Below are positions 36,682 to 46,180 of a stretch of 64,000 bases of DNA, one piece after another. The DNA comes from Desulfobacteraceae bacterium. GTDB lineage: Bacteria; Desulfobacterota; Desulfobacteria; Desulfobacterales; JAABSP01. Position 1 is the stretch's first letter. Each line of letters begins with the position of its first letter. Both the position numbers and the translations under genes were made by a program. Location of the stretch: contig JAABSZ010000004.1 of the NCBI GenBank assembly GCA_011390135.1, positions 130-64,129 on the forward strand, read 5' to 3'. The notes beneath the pieces are model-generated. The model did not search any database. It saw only the letters and a program-made list of their open reading frames with translations, and was not told where the DNA came from.

Positions 36682-36807
36682 CTTTTTTTCCTCCTTCATT
36701 TGTTAAAACGTACAAATACGCAGAAAACCTAATAACCCTTCAAACTACAAGTGCGGTTGCCCTTCACCTCCTTTCATCTATTCGGTCCTTTTATATCTAA
36801 CGGTTTT

Positions 36808-36858
36808 CGATCTCTTCATCCATATCCTTATCTTTATCCTTAATCCTCATCCTTATAT
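36808..36858 (-). repeat. GGAT-rich degenerate array upstream of the porin gene
   Basis: The minus strand reads TAAGGATGAGGATTAAGGATAAAGATAAGGATATGGATGAAGAGATCGA. It contains ATGGATGA (36823-36816) and AAGGATGA (36854-36847). Confidence 0.7.
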
Positions 36859-37023
36859 ATCACATTTCCACCGATTTGCAAAATACCATATAACGCTTGC
36901 TAACAGTCCCCCTTTGACATGTCAAGTTTTTTTTACTATTATGGAGACCGTCAGCAGGGCATGGTTCTCCACAAGATGCCCTATTTCCCTATATACCGTT
37001 TTGAAAAAATCTTCAACTGTAAA

Positions 37024-38313
37024 ATGAAATATTTGCCGATTGATCTAAAATTATTTCAGGAGAACCGGAGGAGGTTCGTCCGTAACCTCGAGTCCGGTTC
37101 CATTGCCGTCTTCAATGCCAACGACATCATGCCCACCAGCGCGGACGGCATCCACGCCTTTGTCCAGAACACCGACATCTTCTACCTCTCCGGCATCGAC
37201 CAGGAGGAGACGATCCTCCTCCTCTTTCCCGATGCGGTCGAGGAGAAGCACCGCCAGATCCTTTTTCTACGGGAGACCAGCGAGCAGATCGTCACCTGGG
37301 AGGGGCACAAGCTGACAAAAGAGGCCGCGACACAGATATCCGGAATCGAAACGATCCATTGGACCTCCGAGTTCGAGCGGATCTTCCGGCCACTGGTCTT
37401 CGAGGCCGGCCGCATCTACCTCAACACCAACGAACACTCAAGAGCCGACACGACCGTGGAGACCCGGGACGCCCGCTTTATCCGCTGGTGCATGGGGCAG
37501 TTTCCCCTGCACCGGTACGAACGGGCCGCGCCGATCCTGCGGGATCTTAGGGCCGTCAAATCCCCCATCGAGATATCCCTGATCCGCAGCGCGTGCGAGA
37601 TCACCGAAACGGCCTTCGGCCGGCTGCTCTCCTTTATCCGGCCCGGGGTCTGGGAGTTCGAGATCGAGGCCGAGATCGTCCATGAATTTTTGAAAAACCG
37701 CTCCCGGGGGCCCGCATACGAGCCGATCGTGGCCTCCGGAGAGAACGCCTGCGTCCTCCACTACGTCAAAAACGATCAGCAGTGCATGGACGGGGATCTG
37801 GTGCTGATGGACTTCGGGGCAGAATATGCCAACTATGCCTCGGACCTGACCCGGACAGTCCCGGTCAACGGCCGCTTCACTCCCCGGCAGCGGGCCGTCT
37901 ATGACGCGGTGCTGCGGGTCCAGCGGGGGGCCATCGAGATGCTGCGGCCCGGAAATATCTTAAAGGATTATCAGAAGGCCGTGGGAAAAATGATGGAGAA
38001 GGAGCTGATCGATCTCGGGCTGCTTGATGCGGGCGATGTCAAAGATCAGGACGAGAAAAAGCCCCTCTACCGGAAATATTTCATGCACGGGACCTCCCAC
38101 CATATGGGGCTGGATGTCCATGACCTCGGGGATCTCCACCGGAAATTTACGCCGGGGATGGTCTTCACCTGCGAGCCCGGGATCTACATCAAGGAGGAGA
38201 AGATCGGGGTCCGGCTGGAAAATGATATCCTCATCACCGAAAACGGTCCAGTTGACCTGATGGAGACGATTCCGATCGAGGCAGAGGAGATCGAGGATCT
38301 GATGAATGCGTGA
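37024..38313 (+). CDS. pepP: Xaa-Pro aminopeptidase (M24B)
   Basis: Creatinase-like N-domain plus pita-bread domain with metal ligands (VLMDFGAEY..YASDLTR, HGTSHHMGLDVHD, EPGIY, LENDILIT). The start is uncertain: ATG 37024 (MKYLPIDLKLFQENRRRF) is chosen over the track start at 36919. Confidence 0.8.
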   Translation: MKYLPIDLKLFQENRRRFVRNLESGSIAVFNANDIMPTSADGIHAFVQNTDIFYLSGIDQEETILLLFPDAVEEKHRQILFLRETSEQIVTWEGHKLTKEAATQISGIETIHWTSEFERIFRPLVFEAGRIYLNTNEHSRADTTVETRDARFIRWCMGQFPLHRYERAAPILRDLRAVKSPIEISLIRSACEITETAFGRLLSFIRPGVWEFEIEAEIVHEFLKNRSRGPAYEPIVASGENACVLHYVKNDQQCMDGDLVLMDFGAEYANYASDLTRTVPVNGRFTPRQRAVYDAVLRVQRGAIEMLRPGNILKDYQKAVGKMMEKELIDLGLLDAGDVKDQDEKKPLYRKYFMHGTSHHMGLDVHDLGDLHRKFTPGMVFTCEPGIYIKEEKIGVRLENDILITENGPVDLMETIPIEAEEIEDLMNA

Positions 38314-38367
38314 TCTGACATTAGGCCCCAGCCGCCGATCCCGGCATCGGGCCCGACATTGGCCCGG

Positions 38368-38398
38368 CTATCGGATAGACCCGATCCGCTTTTTTTCA
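38368..38398 (+). terminator. weak intrinsic terminator candidate after pepP
   Basis: A 5-bp stem CGGAT/ATCCG (38372-38388) followed by CTTTTTTT. Confidence 0.3.
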
Positions 38399-38433
38399 AA
38401 CCTTTTTTCGAGAAGATGTGCTAAGATTTTCCC

Positions 38434-38931
38434 ATGATAGAAACGACACTGCTCATTCTCTGGTTCATTCTCGGCTTTGCACTGATCGTTGCCGGGATCG
38501 CGTTCTGCATCATGCCGGTGCTTCCGGGGCCGCCGATCAGCTTTGCGGGCCTGATCCTGCTGGCATGGGTTCGGGACTGGACCCCCTTTTCGGGCCGATT
38601 CCTGATCATCATGGCCGGGCTGATGCTCTTCGTGCTTCTCCTCGATTCCATCGTCCCGCTGCTGGGGGCCAGAAAATTCGGGGCTTCCCGGCAGGGGCTA
38701 TGGGGCTCCGTTCTGGGGATGTTTGCCGGGATCTTCGTCTTTCCGCCGTGGGGGATCATCATCGGCGCGTTTGTGGGCGCGATGATCGGCGAGATCGCAT
38801 CGGGAAAGGAGCGCAAAGAGGCGGTCCGGGTCGGCTGGGGGATCTTCATGGGAACCCTGGTCGGCGTCGGGATGAAGCTGGCCTACAGCCTCTCTGCCCT
38901 CTTCTTCTACATCCGGGGAATGATGGTCTGA
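38434..38931 (+). CDS. DUF456-family membrane protein
   Basis: 165 aa with 4 TM segments, GIAFCIMPVLPGPPISFAGLILLAW and GARKFGASRQG. Confidence 0.7.
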   Translation: MIETTLLILWFILGFALIVAGIAFCIMPVLPGPPISFAGLILLAWVRDWTPFSGRFLIIMAGLMLFVLLLDSIVPLLGARKFGASRQGLWGSVLGMFAGIFVFPPWGIIIGAFVGAMIGEIASGKERKEAVRVGWGIFMGTLVGVGMKLAYSLSALFFYIRGMMV

Positions 38932-38943
38932 TCTGGTTGAAAT

Positions 38944-39081
38944 CTGGGGTTGAAACCCCAGGCTAAATCATTCAAAACCGGCTGAAAGCCGGTTCGGATT
39001 CCCGATTACCCCCCACGCTCCCATCGCCATAACCGGCTTTCAGCCGGTTTTTCGGGTTCAGCCTGGGGTTTCTAACCCCAG
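38944..39081. repeat. symmetric nested palindrome: four hairpins forming back-to-back terminators
   Basis: Left arm CTGGGGTTGAAACCCCAGG...AACCGGCTGAAAGCCGGTT (38944-38994). Right arm AACCGGCTTTCAGCCGGTT...CCTGGGGTTTCTAACCCCAG (39031-39081). The arms are near-exact reverse complements around a 36-bp core, and the inner hairpins are each followed by a T-run on their own strand. Confidence 0.8.
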
Positions 39082-39819
39082 CATCCGCCGCAAATTTCCC
39101 CCCACCAGCCCTTCCTGCACATCTTCCGGCAGCTTCATCTTCAGCACCTTCTCCAGCTCCTCTTCCGGATCTCCGAAGGGAAAATCCGAGCCGAACATCA
39201 GCCGCTCATGGCCGTATCGGTTCAGATAATCCGCGATATCCGATGCCGGAGCCAGCGCGGTGTCCGCGTAGATGTTCTCCATCTCCCAGATCCCGTGCCG
39301 CTTCAGGGCATCATAGCCGCCATTCAAAAGCCCTAAATGGGGGATGATCAGCCGAACCCCGGGCGCGATCTCGCGGATGAATCTGAGGGTGTTCTTCAGC
39401 TCCTCCTCGAACACCACCGGCAGGTTTCTCTCCCGAATGACCTCGATCGCGTTTGCGCACTCCGGCGCATCATAATGATAGACCGGCTCCCCCGGGTGGC
39501 GATGCCACTTGATCCCCTGATGATCCTCCGATAATTGGTCCACCGCAAAATCGTTCCAGATGAAAAAATAGGGGATCACCGGAAAATCCTCGTCCCCCGC
39601 GGTCAGCAGATACCGGTTGGCCCGCCGGCGCCGTTCCTGCCATTGGAAGCTGTCTTCGAAACCGGGATCATGCCGGTCATATATCTCCATCACCGGCGGA
39701 AACATGACCACCGATCCTATGCCGCCCCCTCTTGCCCGTTCTGCGTAATCGCGGAAGGACTGGGGCGGGTTCCGGTCCTGAATTCCGCCGTGGGCGTGCG
39801 CGTCGATAATGCTCTTCAT
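39058..39819 (-). CDS. amidohydrolase-family metal-dependent hydrolase (TIM barrel)
   Basis: 253 aa with an N-terminal IIDAHAHGG (HxH) and later H and D ligands (IIPHLG, FGSDFPF). The last 7 codons (LGLETPG*) lie inside the palindromic element. Confidence 0.7.
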   Translation of the reverse strand: MKSIIDAHAHGGIQDRNPPQSFRDYAERARGGGIGSVVMFPPVMEIYDRHDPGFEDSFQWQERRRRANRYLLTAGDEDFPVIPYFFIWNDFAVDQLSEDHQGIKWHRHPGEPVYHYDAPECANAIEVIRERNLPVVFEEELKNTLRFIREIAPGVRLIIPHLGLLNGGYDALKRHGIWEMENIYADTALAPASDIADYLNRYGHERLMFGSDFPFGDPEEELEKVLKMKLPEDVQEGLVGGNLRRMLGLETPG

Positions 39820-40403
39820 AAATCCTCTTCCGATCGTTCTGGTTCTGAGTTCTCGGTCTGGGGGTGTTCATCTCCCAGCACATTCATGCCGATATAGATG
39901 TAGTGGAGCCCGGAGATCGAGGTCAAAATCGCGGTCAGGATGTAGAGGCCGTACTGGAACGGAAAATTTCTGTCGAGAAGGATCACGAATACAGTGAAGA
40001 GCTGGGCTGTTGTGGTCATTTTGCTGGCGATGCTGGGCCTGACCTCCATTCCGAGATCCATCAGCTTGAGGGTCGCCACCCCTAAAAAGATCAGAATATC
40101 CCGGCTGATGACGATCACCGCAAGCCAGTCCGGAACCAATCCCATAAAACCGAGGCAGATATAGGAGGCAAGGATCAGGAGTTTGTCCGCGATGGGATCG
40201 AGATATGCCCCGAGCAGGGTTCTCTGGTCCAGCCATCTTGCGGTGATCCCGTCCAGCGCGTCGGAGATGGCCGCGATGATGAAGATGAAGAGGGCAAAGG
40301 AGAAGATCCCCTTCAGCAGCGCGATGACAAAGAGCGGCGTCAGCAGAATCCGGATCAGGGTCAGGATGTTGGGTATGTTGATGGTCAGCCGGGGCGCTCT
40401 CAT
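39816..40403 (-). CDS. pgsA: CDP-alcohol phosphatidyltransferase (PgsA-like)
   Basis: IPNILTLIRILLTPLF and DALDGITARWLDQRTLLGAYLDPIADK (the D..DG..AR...G...D...D motif). The start is set at ATG 40403; the track ORF extends to 40532 and would overlap the upstream gene. Confidence 0.8.
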   Translation of the reverse strand: MRAPRLTINIPNILTLIRILLTPLFVIALLKGIFSFALFIFIIAAISDALDGITARWLDQRTLLGAYLDPIADKLLILASYICLGFMGLVPDWLAVIVISRDILIFLGVATLKLMDLGMEVRPSIASKMTTTAQLFTVFVILLDRNFPFQYGLYILTAILTSISGLHYIYIGMNVLGDEHPQTENSEPERSEEDL

Positions 40404-40431
40404 GATCCCGCTCTCTTCCTTCTGCCGGAGA

Positions 40432-41715
40432 TTATTTGGGAACCAGCTCGATCCGCAATTGATTATCGAAATTGGGGCCGGTCTCGTGAAATCGGATCTC
40501 GAAGCTCTCGAAGATTTCGGCACGGATCGCATTCAGCAGCTTCTCCGGTTCCGGCCTCTCCATCTCCACCTCGATGGTGGCCTCGTTGGACTGGAGCCGG
40601 CGGATTCGGATCTCCTTCACAGCCGGCATTCCGGAGAGGGCCTTTCGAAACATCACGAAATTGCCGAGATTACCGGTTCCCATGACCACCAGTTGGATGG
40701 GCCCGTCAGGGGCGAGCCCCGTATCCGGATCGGCCCCCATGACCTGCGCCAGCACTCCGGCCGCAGAAATGGATGCGGCCCGGATCGCGGATGTCGCGCC
40801 CTCTTCGGGTTCAAAGGCCGATGCGGTTTCGGTCTCGGTCACTTCACCGATGGCCTGCCCCGTGTCGGTGCGGTAGGCCCGGGCCGATACGGTGCTGCTG
40901 AAGGACTTGATATTTTCCGGGGCCACATCAAAGCCGACCCGGGCCGCGGCCGTTCCCACAACAACGATGTCCGCGCCCAATGCACGGGCAGCGGCCACTG
41001 CACTGGCGGCATCCGGATAGGGATTGCCGACCAAAGGCGTCAGAGCGTCCGGATTGGAGATCTTGACCTTGTCGTTGGCCACGGCAAATCCCTGTTTGGA
41101 AAGAACCTGAGCCATGACGGTCTCTGCGAGCACCGGCTCGGGCCGGCCGTCTCCCCGCCACCAGAAGCGGACCGGTTCCCCTTCCAGCCGCTGTTCCGCG
41201 ATGAAGAAGATCAACCGGGGGGCTTCGACCGTTTTCGGCCCTTCGAGCAGACCGGCCCCGATCATCTTCTCTTTGATCTTTTCCGGCAGGACCTCGGCCT
41301 CCACCAGAATCCGCAGGGTATCGCCCACCACGACCTCAGTGGTCAGTGCGGAATAGCTCTGGATAAAGGACTGGGCATTGCCGAAAAGCGTCCGGCTGAC
41401 CCCGCTGAAACGGGAGACAGCGACGTCAGGCGGGAGGAGTTCCAGCGCAACATTCTCCACCGCAGCCAGCAGCCCGTTTTCCACGGCGCTTGCTTTTGCA
41501 GCCGACAGATCATTGTTTTGGACAGTGCTCCATCCGACCGCGCGGACCGTCTTCGGCCCCAGGGGCTCCTCAGCGCGGGCGATTCCGTCAGAAAACAGGG
41601 AAAGGACCAGCAAAAGTCCGCAGAGGAGCAGAATAGTCGATAGTAGCGGAATGGGAAAACAGGGCAATCGCATCTTCATTTCAAGTGGCCAAAAAAATTT
41701 TGAGTGAATATTCAT
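40432..41715 (-). CDS. periplasmic/secreted hypothetical protein
   Basis: 427 aa with an N-terminal hydrophobic signal/anchor (LLSTILLLCGLLLVLSLF) and an Ala/Val-rich alpha/beta body. No family was recognised. Confidence 0.55.
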   Translation of the reverse strand: MNIHSKFFWPLEMKMRLPCFPIPLLSTILLLCGLLLVLSLFSDGIARAEEPLGPKTVRAVGWSTVQNNDLSAAKASAVENGLLAAVENVALELLPPDVAVSRFSGVSRTLFGNAQSFIQSYSALTTEVVVGDTLRILVEAEVLPEKIKEKMIGAGLLEGPKTVEAPRLIFFIAEQRLEGEPVRFWWRGDGRPEPVLAETVMAQVLSKQGFAVANDKVKISNPDALTPLVGNPYPDAASAVAAARALGADIVVVGTAAARVGFDVAPENIKSFSSTVSARAYRTDTGQAIGEVTETETASAFEPEEGATSAIRAASISAAGVLAQVMGADPDTGLAPDGPIQLVVMGTGNLGNFVMFRKALSGMPAVKEIRIRRLQSNEATIEVEMERPEPEKLLNAIRAEIFESFEIRFHETGPNFDNQLRIELVPK

Positions 41716-41805
41716 TATAGAGTATCCGTCAAGCCGTTTTTTGATTTTATCAGTTTTCGCGGATAAGAGACAATACAGTCGGGAATTCCACCAATGAAGA
41801 ATTTT

Positions 41806-42786
41806 TTACACTTTCCGGGACAGCGCATAATCCGCGATGTCCACCAAAGTCGTCTTTGCCGGGGATGGGGGGAAAATATCCAGGGCGTTCTTGGCTTTTT
41901 GCACATGGCATTCGGCCTGGTTCCGGGTGTATTCGAGGCCGCCGCAATCCTCCAGGATACAGGTCAGTGACCGGAAATCTTCCTCGCAGATTTCAGACTG
42001 GCCGATCATCTCCTCGATCTCCTCCCGATCCGAAGGGCCGGCCTTCTGGAGGGCATGGATCAGGGGAAGGGTCATCTTCCCCTCTTTCAGATCCGCGCCC
42101 ACGGCCTTTCCCAGCAGATCCGCATCCGCGGTATAGTCGAGAAGATCGTCTGCCATCTGGAACGCGACGCCGAGATGGTGGCCGTATCGGCCCAAAGCCT
42201 CATCCTGCGCGGCCGTGGTTCGGGCCAGCAGCCCTCCCACCCGGCATGCGCCCTGAATGAGGACAGCGGTCTTTCGGCGGATCACCTCCAGATACTCTAC
42301 CTCACAGAGATCCCGATCTCCTTTCCGGATCAACTGATGGATCTCCCCCTGGGACATCTCCTCGGTGATCTGCGCGAGGATCTCCATGATCTTCAGATTT
42401 CCGGTCCGCACTCCGATGGAGAGGGCTCTGGCCAGAAGGAAATCCCCGGCCAGCACCGCGATGGAATTGCCCCAGACCGCATAGGCCGCGGGCCGGTTCC
42501 GGCGGAGGGGCGCGCCGTCCACCAGATCATCGTGGAGAAGGGTGGCCGCGTGGAGGTACTCGAAGACCGTGGAGAGGGTGTAATCATAATCTCCGCGATA
42601 GCCGCACATCCGCGCACAGAGGACCGTCAGCAGGGGCCGCAGCCGCTTTCCCCCGGCAAAGAGGATATGGCTTGCGGTGTCGTTGACGATTTCGAGGTGC
42701 GCGCCGAGGTTTCTTTTCAGCTCGATCTCGATCTCGGCAAGATCGCTCTTCACCGCAGTCAGAATTTTGGCTTTCGGATCACTCAC
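41806..42786 (-). CDS. polyprenyl diphosphate synthase (trans-IPPS, octaprenyl/heptaprenyl-like)
   Basis: 326 aa with the first DDxxD in LLHDDLVDGAPLRR and the second in FQMADDLLDY. Confidence 0.85.
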   Translation of the reverse strand: MSDPKAKILTAVKSDLAEIEIELKRNLGAHLEIVNDTASHILFAGGKRLRPLLTVLCARMCGYRGDYDYTLSTVFEYLHAATLLHDDLVDGAPLRRNRPAAYAVWGNSIAVLAGDFLLARALSIGVRTGNLKIMEILAQITEEMSQGEIHQLIRKGDRDLCEVEYLEVIRRKTAVLIQGACRVGGLLARTTAAQDEALGRYGHHLGVAFQMADDLLDYTADADLLGKAVGADLKEGKMTLPLIHALQKAGPSDREEIEEMIGQSEICEEDFRSLTCILEDCGGLEYTRNQAECHVQKAKNALDIFPPSPAKTTLVDIADYALSRKV

Positions 42787-44114
42787 AGCGCATCCCCCAC
42801 CAGATCGTATTCCAGGGCTTCGGTGATCCGGACATCGGCAAAACGGCCCACCATCAGGTCATGGCCGTGGAGATAGGTGATCCCGTCAACCTCCGGGGCC
42901 TGGAACTGAGTTCTTCCGATATAGAGGCCCGGCTCCGGGTTCTCCTCCAGCAGGATTTTGTAGGTCTTTCCCTGCCGGTCCTGGTTCTTCTCCAAAGAGA
43001 TCTTCTGCTGCAGGGACATGAGCCGGTGGTATCGGGACTGAGCCCGCTTCTTCGAGACATGGCCGTCGAGCCGGTGGGAGGGAAGATCGTCCGCGTCCGA
43101 ATAGGTGAAGACGCCCAAGTGGTCGAAGCGGACCGTCTCCACAAAATCGATCAGCGCGCGGAAGTCCGTATCGGTCTCCCCGGGAAAGCCGACGATGAGT
43201 GTGGTGCGCAGGCTCGCCTCCGGAACCTGTTTCCGGATCTTTTCAAAAAGGCGGTAGAGTCCCTCATGGTCATAGGGCCTCCCCATCCGCCGGAGTATGG
43301 AAGGGCTGGCGTGCTGCACCGGAATGTCGAAATAGGGGCAGAGGTCGGCACGATCGGCCACGACATCCAGGGTTGCATCGTCGATGCTGTCGGGATGGCC
43401 GTAGAGGAATCGAATCCATACGCCCTCTGATCGTTCCGAAAGCGCGATAAGCAGGTCCGAAAGCCCCTTGCCGTCGGAGAGATCGCTGCCGTAGGCCGTG
43501 GTATCCTGGGCCACCAGCACCAGCTCCTTTACCCCCTCTTTGATCCGCGCTTCGGCCTCCTTCAGGATCGCGGGGAAGGGCCGGCTCTTCTGACCGCCCC
43601 TGAGCTTGGGAATGATGCAGTAGGTGCATCTGCGGCTGCATCCTTCGGCAATCTTGAGGTAGGCCATGTGGGGAAAGGTCGATTTTCCGACGGGCGTGTC
43701 GGCCGAGACGTCGATGGCGTCCGGGTCCGGCAGCAGGCAGTTGCTCGATCCAATCTCTCCCCTGGCCGCAGCCGCGATCCGGTCAAAGGCCCCCGTGCCC
43801 AGGAAGAGATCCACCTCCGGCAGGCTCTCGGTCACCTTCTCGCCGTACCGCTGGGGGAGGCATCCGGCAACGATCAACTGCTCGCATTCCCCCTCCTCCT
43901 TGTAGCGGGCAAGCTCCAGGATAGCGTCGATCGACTCCTCGGCCGCGGATTCGATGAAGCTGCAGGTGTTGACCACGATGACATGGGCCGCGGCCGGGTC
44001 CGGGGTGGCCTGCAGCCCCGCATCGGCAAGCCTTCGGAGCATTCCCTCGCTGTCCACGAGGTTCCGGGCGCATCCCAGGCTCTCCAGATAGACCTTCCGG
44101 ATCACGGCCACCAC
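42783..44114 (-). CDS. rimO: ribosomal protein S12 methylthiotransferase RimO (radical SAM)
   Basis: 443 aa with an N-terminal SLGCARNLVDSE, a radical-SAM CSRRCTYC motif and a C-terminal TRAM. The length and N-terminus fit RimO rather than MiaB. Confidence 0.8.
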   Translation of the reverse strand: MVAVIRKVYLESLGCARNLVDSEGMLRRLADAGLQATPDPAAAHVIVVNTCSFIESAAEESIDAILELARYKEEGECEQLIVAGCLPQRYGEKVTESLPEVDLFLGTGAFDRIAAAARGEIGSSNCLLPDPDAIDVSADTPVGKSTFPHMAYLKIAEGCSRRCTYCIIPKLRGGQKSRPFPAILKEAEARIKEGVKELVLVAQDTTAYGSDLSDGKGLSDLLIALSERSEGVWIRFLYGHPDSIDDATLDVVADRADLCPYFDIPVQHASPSILRRMGRPYDHEGLYRLFEKIRKQVPEASLRTTLIVGFPGETDTDFRALIDFVETVRFDHLGVFTYSDADDLPSHRLDGHVSKKRAQSRYHRLMSLQQKISLEKNQDRQGKTYKILLEENPEPGLYIGRTQFQAPEVDGITYLHGHDLMVGRFADVRITEALEYDLVGDAL

Positions 44115-44147
44115 ATCCTCTCTTCTTTACCGGCTCGGCGTCTCAAA

Positions 44148-45110
44148 TCAGCCCTTTGCGGCCTTTACCGCGGCCGTGATGGCCGGGACCACCTCTTGAA
44201 GATCTCCCACAATCCCGTAGTCTGCCTTTGCAAAGATGGGAGCCTCCGGATCTTTGTTGACCGCGACGATCACCTTGGAGGAGGACATGCCGGCAAGGTG
44301 CTGGATCGCGCCCGAGATCCCGCAGGCCACATATAAATTGGGCGAGACCACCTTGCCGGTCTGTCCCACCTGATCCGAATGGGGCCGCCACCCCTCGTCC
44401 ACTGCGGAGCGGGAGGCGCCGACCGCGCCATCCAGTGCGGCCGCCAGTTCCTCGATGATGGTAAAGTCGGCCCCGCCCACGCCCCGGCCACCGGAGACGA
44501 TCACATCGGCTTCGGTCAGCTCCATTTTGCCGGTTTCAAGCTGCTTCTCCACAAAGGTGAGGGAGACCTCCCCCGGGTCCGCGTCCGCGGCCTCCACATC
44601 ACCCTCCCCTTTTGTCTCTTCAATCTTGACCGCATTGGGCCGTACCGCGACGATCTGCGGCTTTCCGCTCAGCGCGACCTCCGCGATGACCTTGCCGCCG
44701 TACATGGGCCGGGTTCCGATGATGTTTCCGTCTTGGACCCGGACCGAGATGCAGTCCATGGCAAGGGGGGCATCGAGCCGGGCTGACAGCCGCGCGGCCA
44801 GATCCTTGCCCTGTGCCGATGCGCCCATCACCACGACCCCAGGCTCGATCTTTTGGATCAGCTTTTGGGCCACGGTCGTATACGCGTCGGTGAGGTATTC
44901 GGCAAGTTTCTCGTTTTCCGCGGTGTAGATCGTATCGACGCCGTACCGGCCGAGTTCCGCGGCAATCCCCTTTATATCGGCGCCGAGAACCAGGGCAGCG
45001 GTCTTTCCGCCGGTGGCATCCGCGATGGCCCGGGCCTGGGTCGCGGCCTCATAGGTCACCTTCCGAAAAGCGCCGTCCCGCTGTTCGGCGATGATCAATA
45101 CCGTTGACAT
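44148..45110 (-). CDS. etfA: electron transfer flavoprotein alpha subunit
   Basis: 320 aa with a C-terminal FAD domain: [19 protein letters not shown]...[21 protein letters not shown]. Confidence 0.9.
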   Translation of the reverse strand: MSTVLIIAEQRDGAFRKVTYEAATQARAIADATGGKTAALVLGADIKGIAAELGRYGVDTIYTAENEKLAEYLTDAYTTVAQKLIQKIEPGVVVMGASAQGKDLAARLSARLDAPLAMDCISVRVQDGNIIGTRPMYGGKVIAEVALSGKPQIVAVRPNAVKIEETKGEGDVEAADADPGEVSLTFVEKQLETGKMELTEADVIVSGGRGVGGADFTIIEELAAALDGAVGASRSAVDEGWRPHSDQVGQTGKVVSPNLYVACGISGAIQHLAGMSSSKVIVAVNKDPEAPIFAKADYGIVGDLQEVVPAITAAVKAAKG

Positions 45111-45146
45111 ATCGTTTTTTCCCTTCTATATCCTTGCTTAATCTTA

Positions 45147-45274
45147 GGCCGTTGTTCGGAATCAAAATCCCCTTTAAGGGGCGAAAAAGTGGACGAAATG
45201 GACAAAATGGACAGAGTGGAGGTCTAAATGAAACCCCACGACCTCTGCCGGGATGTTCATTCCCAAAATTCACC
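45147..45274 (+). repeat. TIR-bounded intergenic repeat element with 9-nt phased GGAC core (copy B), between etfB and etfA
   Basis: It aligns with 25134-25258. GGAC occurs at 45191, 45200 and 45209, and GGAG at 45218, an exact 9-nt period. The ends GTTCGGAATCAAAATCCCC and GGGATGTTCATTCCCAAAATT are inverted repeats. Confidence 0.75.
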
Positions 45275-46053
45275 TAAATGACCTTGGCCTCTTCCCGCAG
45301 AAGACGGACCAGCTCCTCGGCCTTGGCCTGGGGAGAATCCCCCTCGATGATCCTGCCGGCCTTTCGCTCCGGCGGGGGCGTCATCTTAAGGATCTTGACC
45401 TTGGGAGCCACATCCTCCTCCTTCAGTCCGAGATCGGACAGGCTTTTTGTGTCGATCGGCTTCTTCTTGGCTTTCATGATGCCCATCATGGAGGCGTACC
45501 GGGGTTCGTTCAGGCCCCGCTGGGTGGTCAAGAGCGCGGGAAGCGGCGCCTCCATGACCACGGTTCCCCCCTCCACGGTCCGGGTGCATCGGATCTTCTT
45601 CTCCTCGATCTCTGCCTTGATCACCAGTGAGATATTGGGGATGCCCAACAGTTCCGCGACGGCCGGGCCCACCAGATAATTATCATCGTCCACGGCCCGC
45701 TGGCCCGCAAGAATCAGATCATGAGGCATGGTGCGGATGGCAGCCGCAAGGGCTTTGGCAATCCCTAAACCGTCGGCCCCTGCCACAGCGGGATCGTTGA
45801 TCAGAATTCCTTTGTCTGCGCCCATGGCCATTGCGGTTCGAACCGCCTCCTGAGCCTTGTCGGTCCCCGCACAGATGACCGTTACCGTGCCCCCGGATTT
45901 CTCCTTGATCCGGAGAGCCTCCTCCACCGCAAACTCGTCATACGGGTTGATGACCCATTTGACCGCGTCGGTCTTTATCGAAAGGCTGTCGGCCGCGATC
46001 TCGATGAGCGATTCGGTGGCCGGAACCTGTTTGAGCAGTACGATGATATCCAC
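45274..46053 (-). CDS. etfB: electron transfer flavoprotein beta subunit
   Basis: 259 aa, MDIIVLLKQVP..., INPYDEFAVEEALR, with typical EtfB length and layout upstream of etfA. Confidence 0.9.
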   Translation of the reverse strand: MDIIVLLKQVPATESLIEIAADSLSIKTDAVKWVINPYDEFAVEEALRIKEKSGGTVTVICAGTDKAQEAVRTAMAMGADKGILINDPAVAGADGLGIAKALAAAIRTMPHDLILAGQRAVDDDNYLVGPAVAELLGIPNISLVIKAEIEEKKIRCTRTVEGGTVVMEAPLPALLTTQRGLNEPRYASMMGIMKAKKKPIDTKSLSDLGLKEEDVAPKVKILKMTPPPERKAGRIIEGDSPQAKAEELVRLLREEAKVI

Positions 46054-46180
46054 AACAAAGCATCCTTTCCCTGATTCAAAGCGGATAAAAAATCAAAACA
46101 GTATCTCTAAAAGCATAAATCCGATTAAAGGCCCAAACCTAAAGGAATCCTCTCCCCTTGTCAACTCCTTGTCTGCAAAA

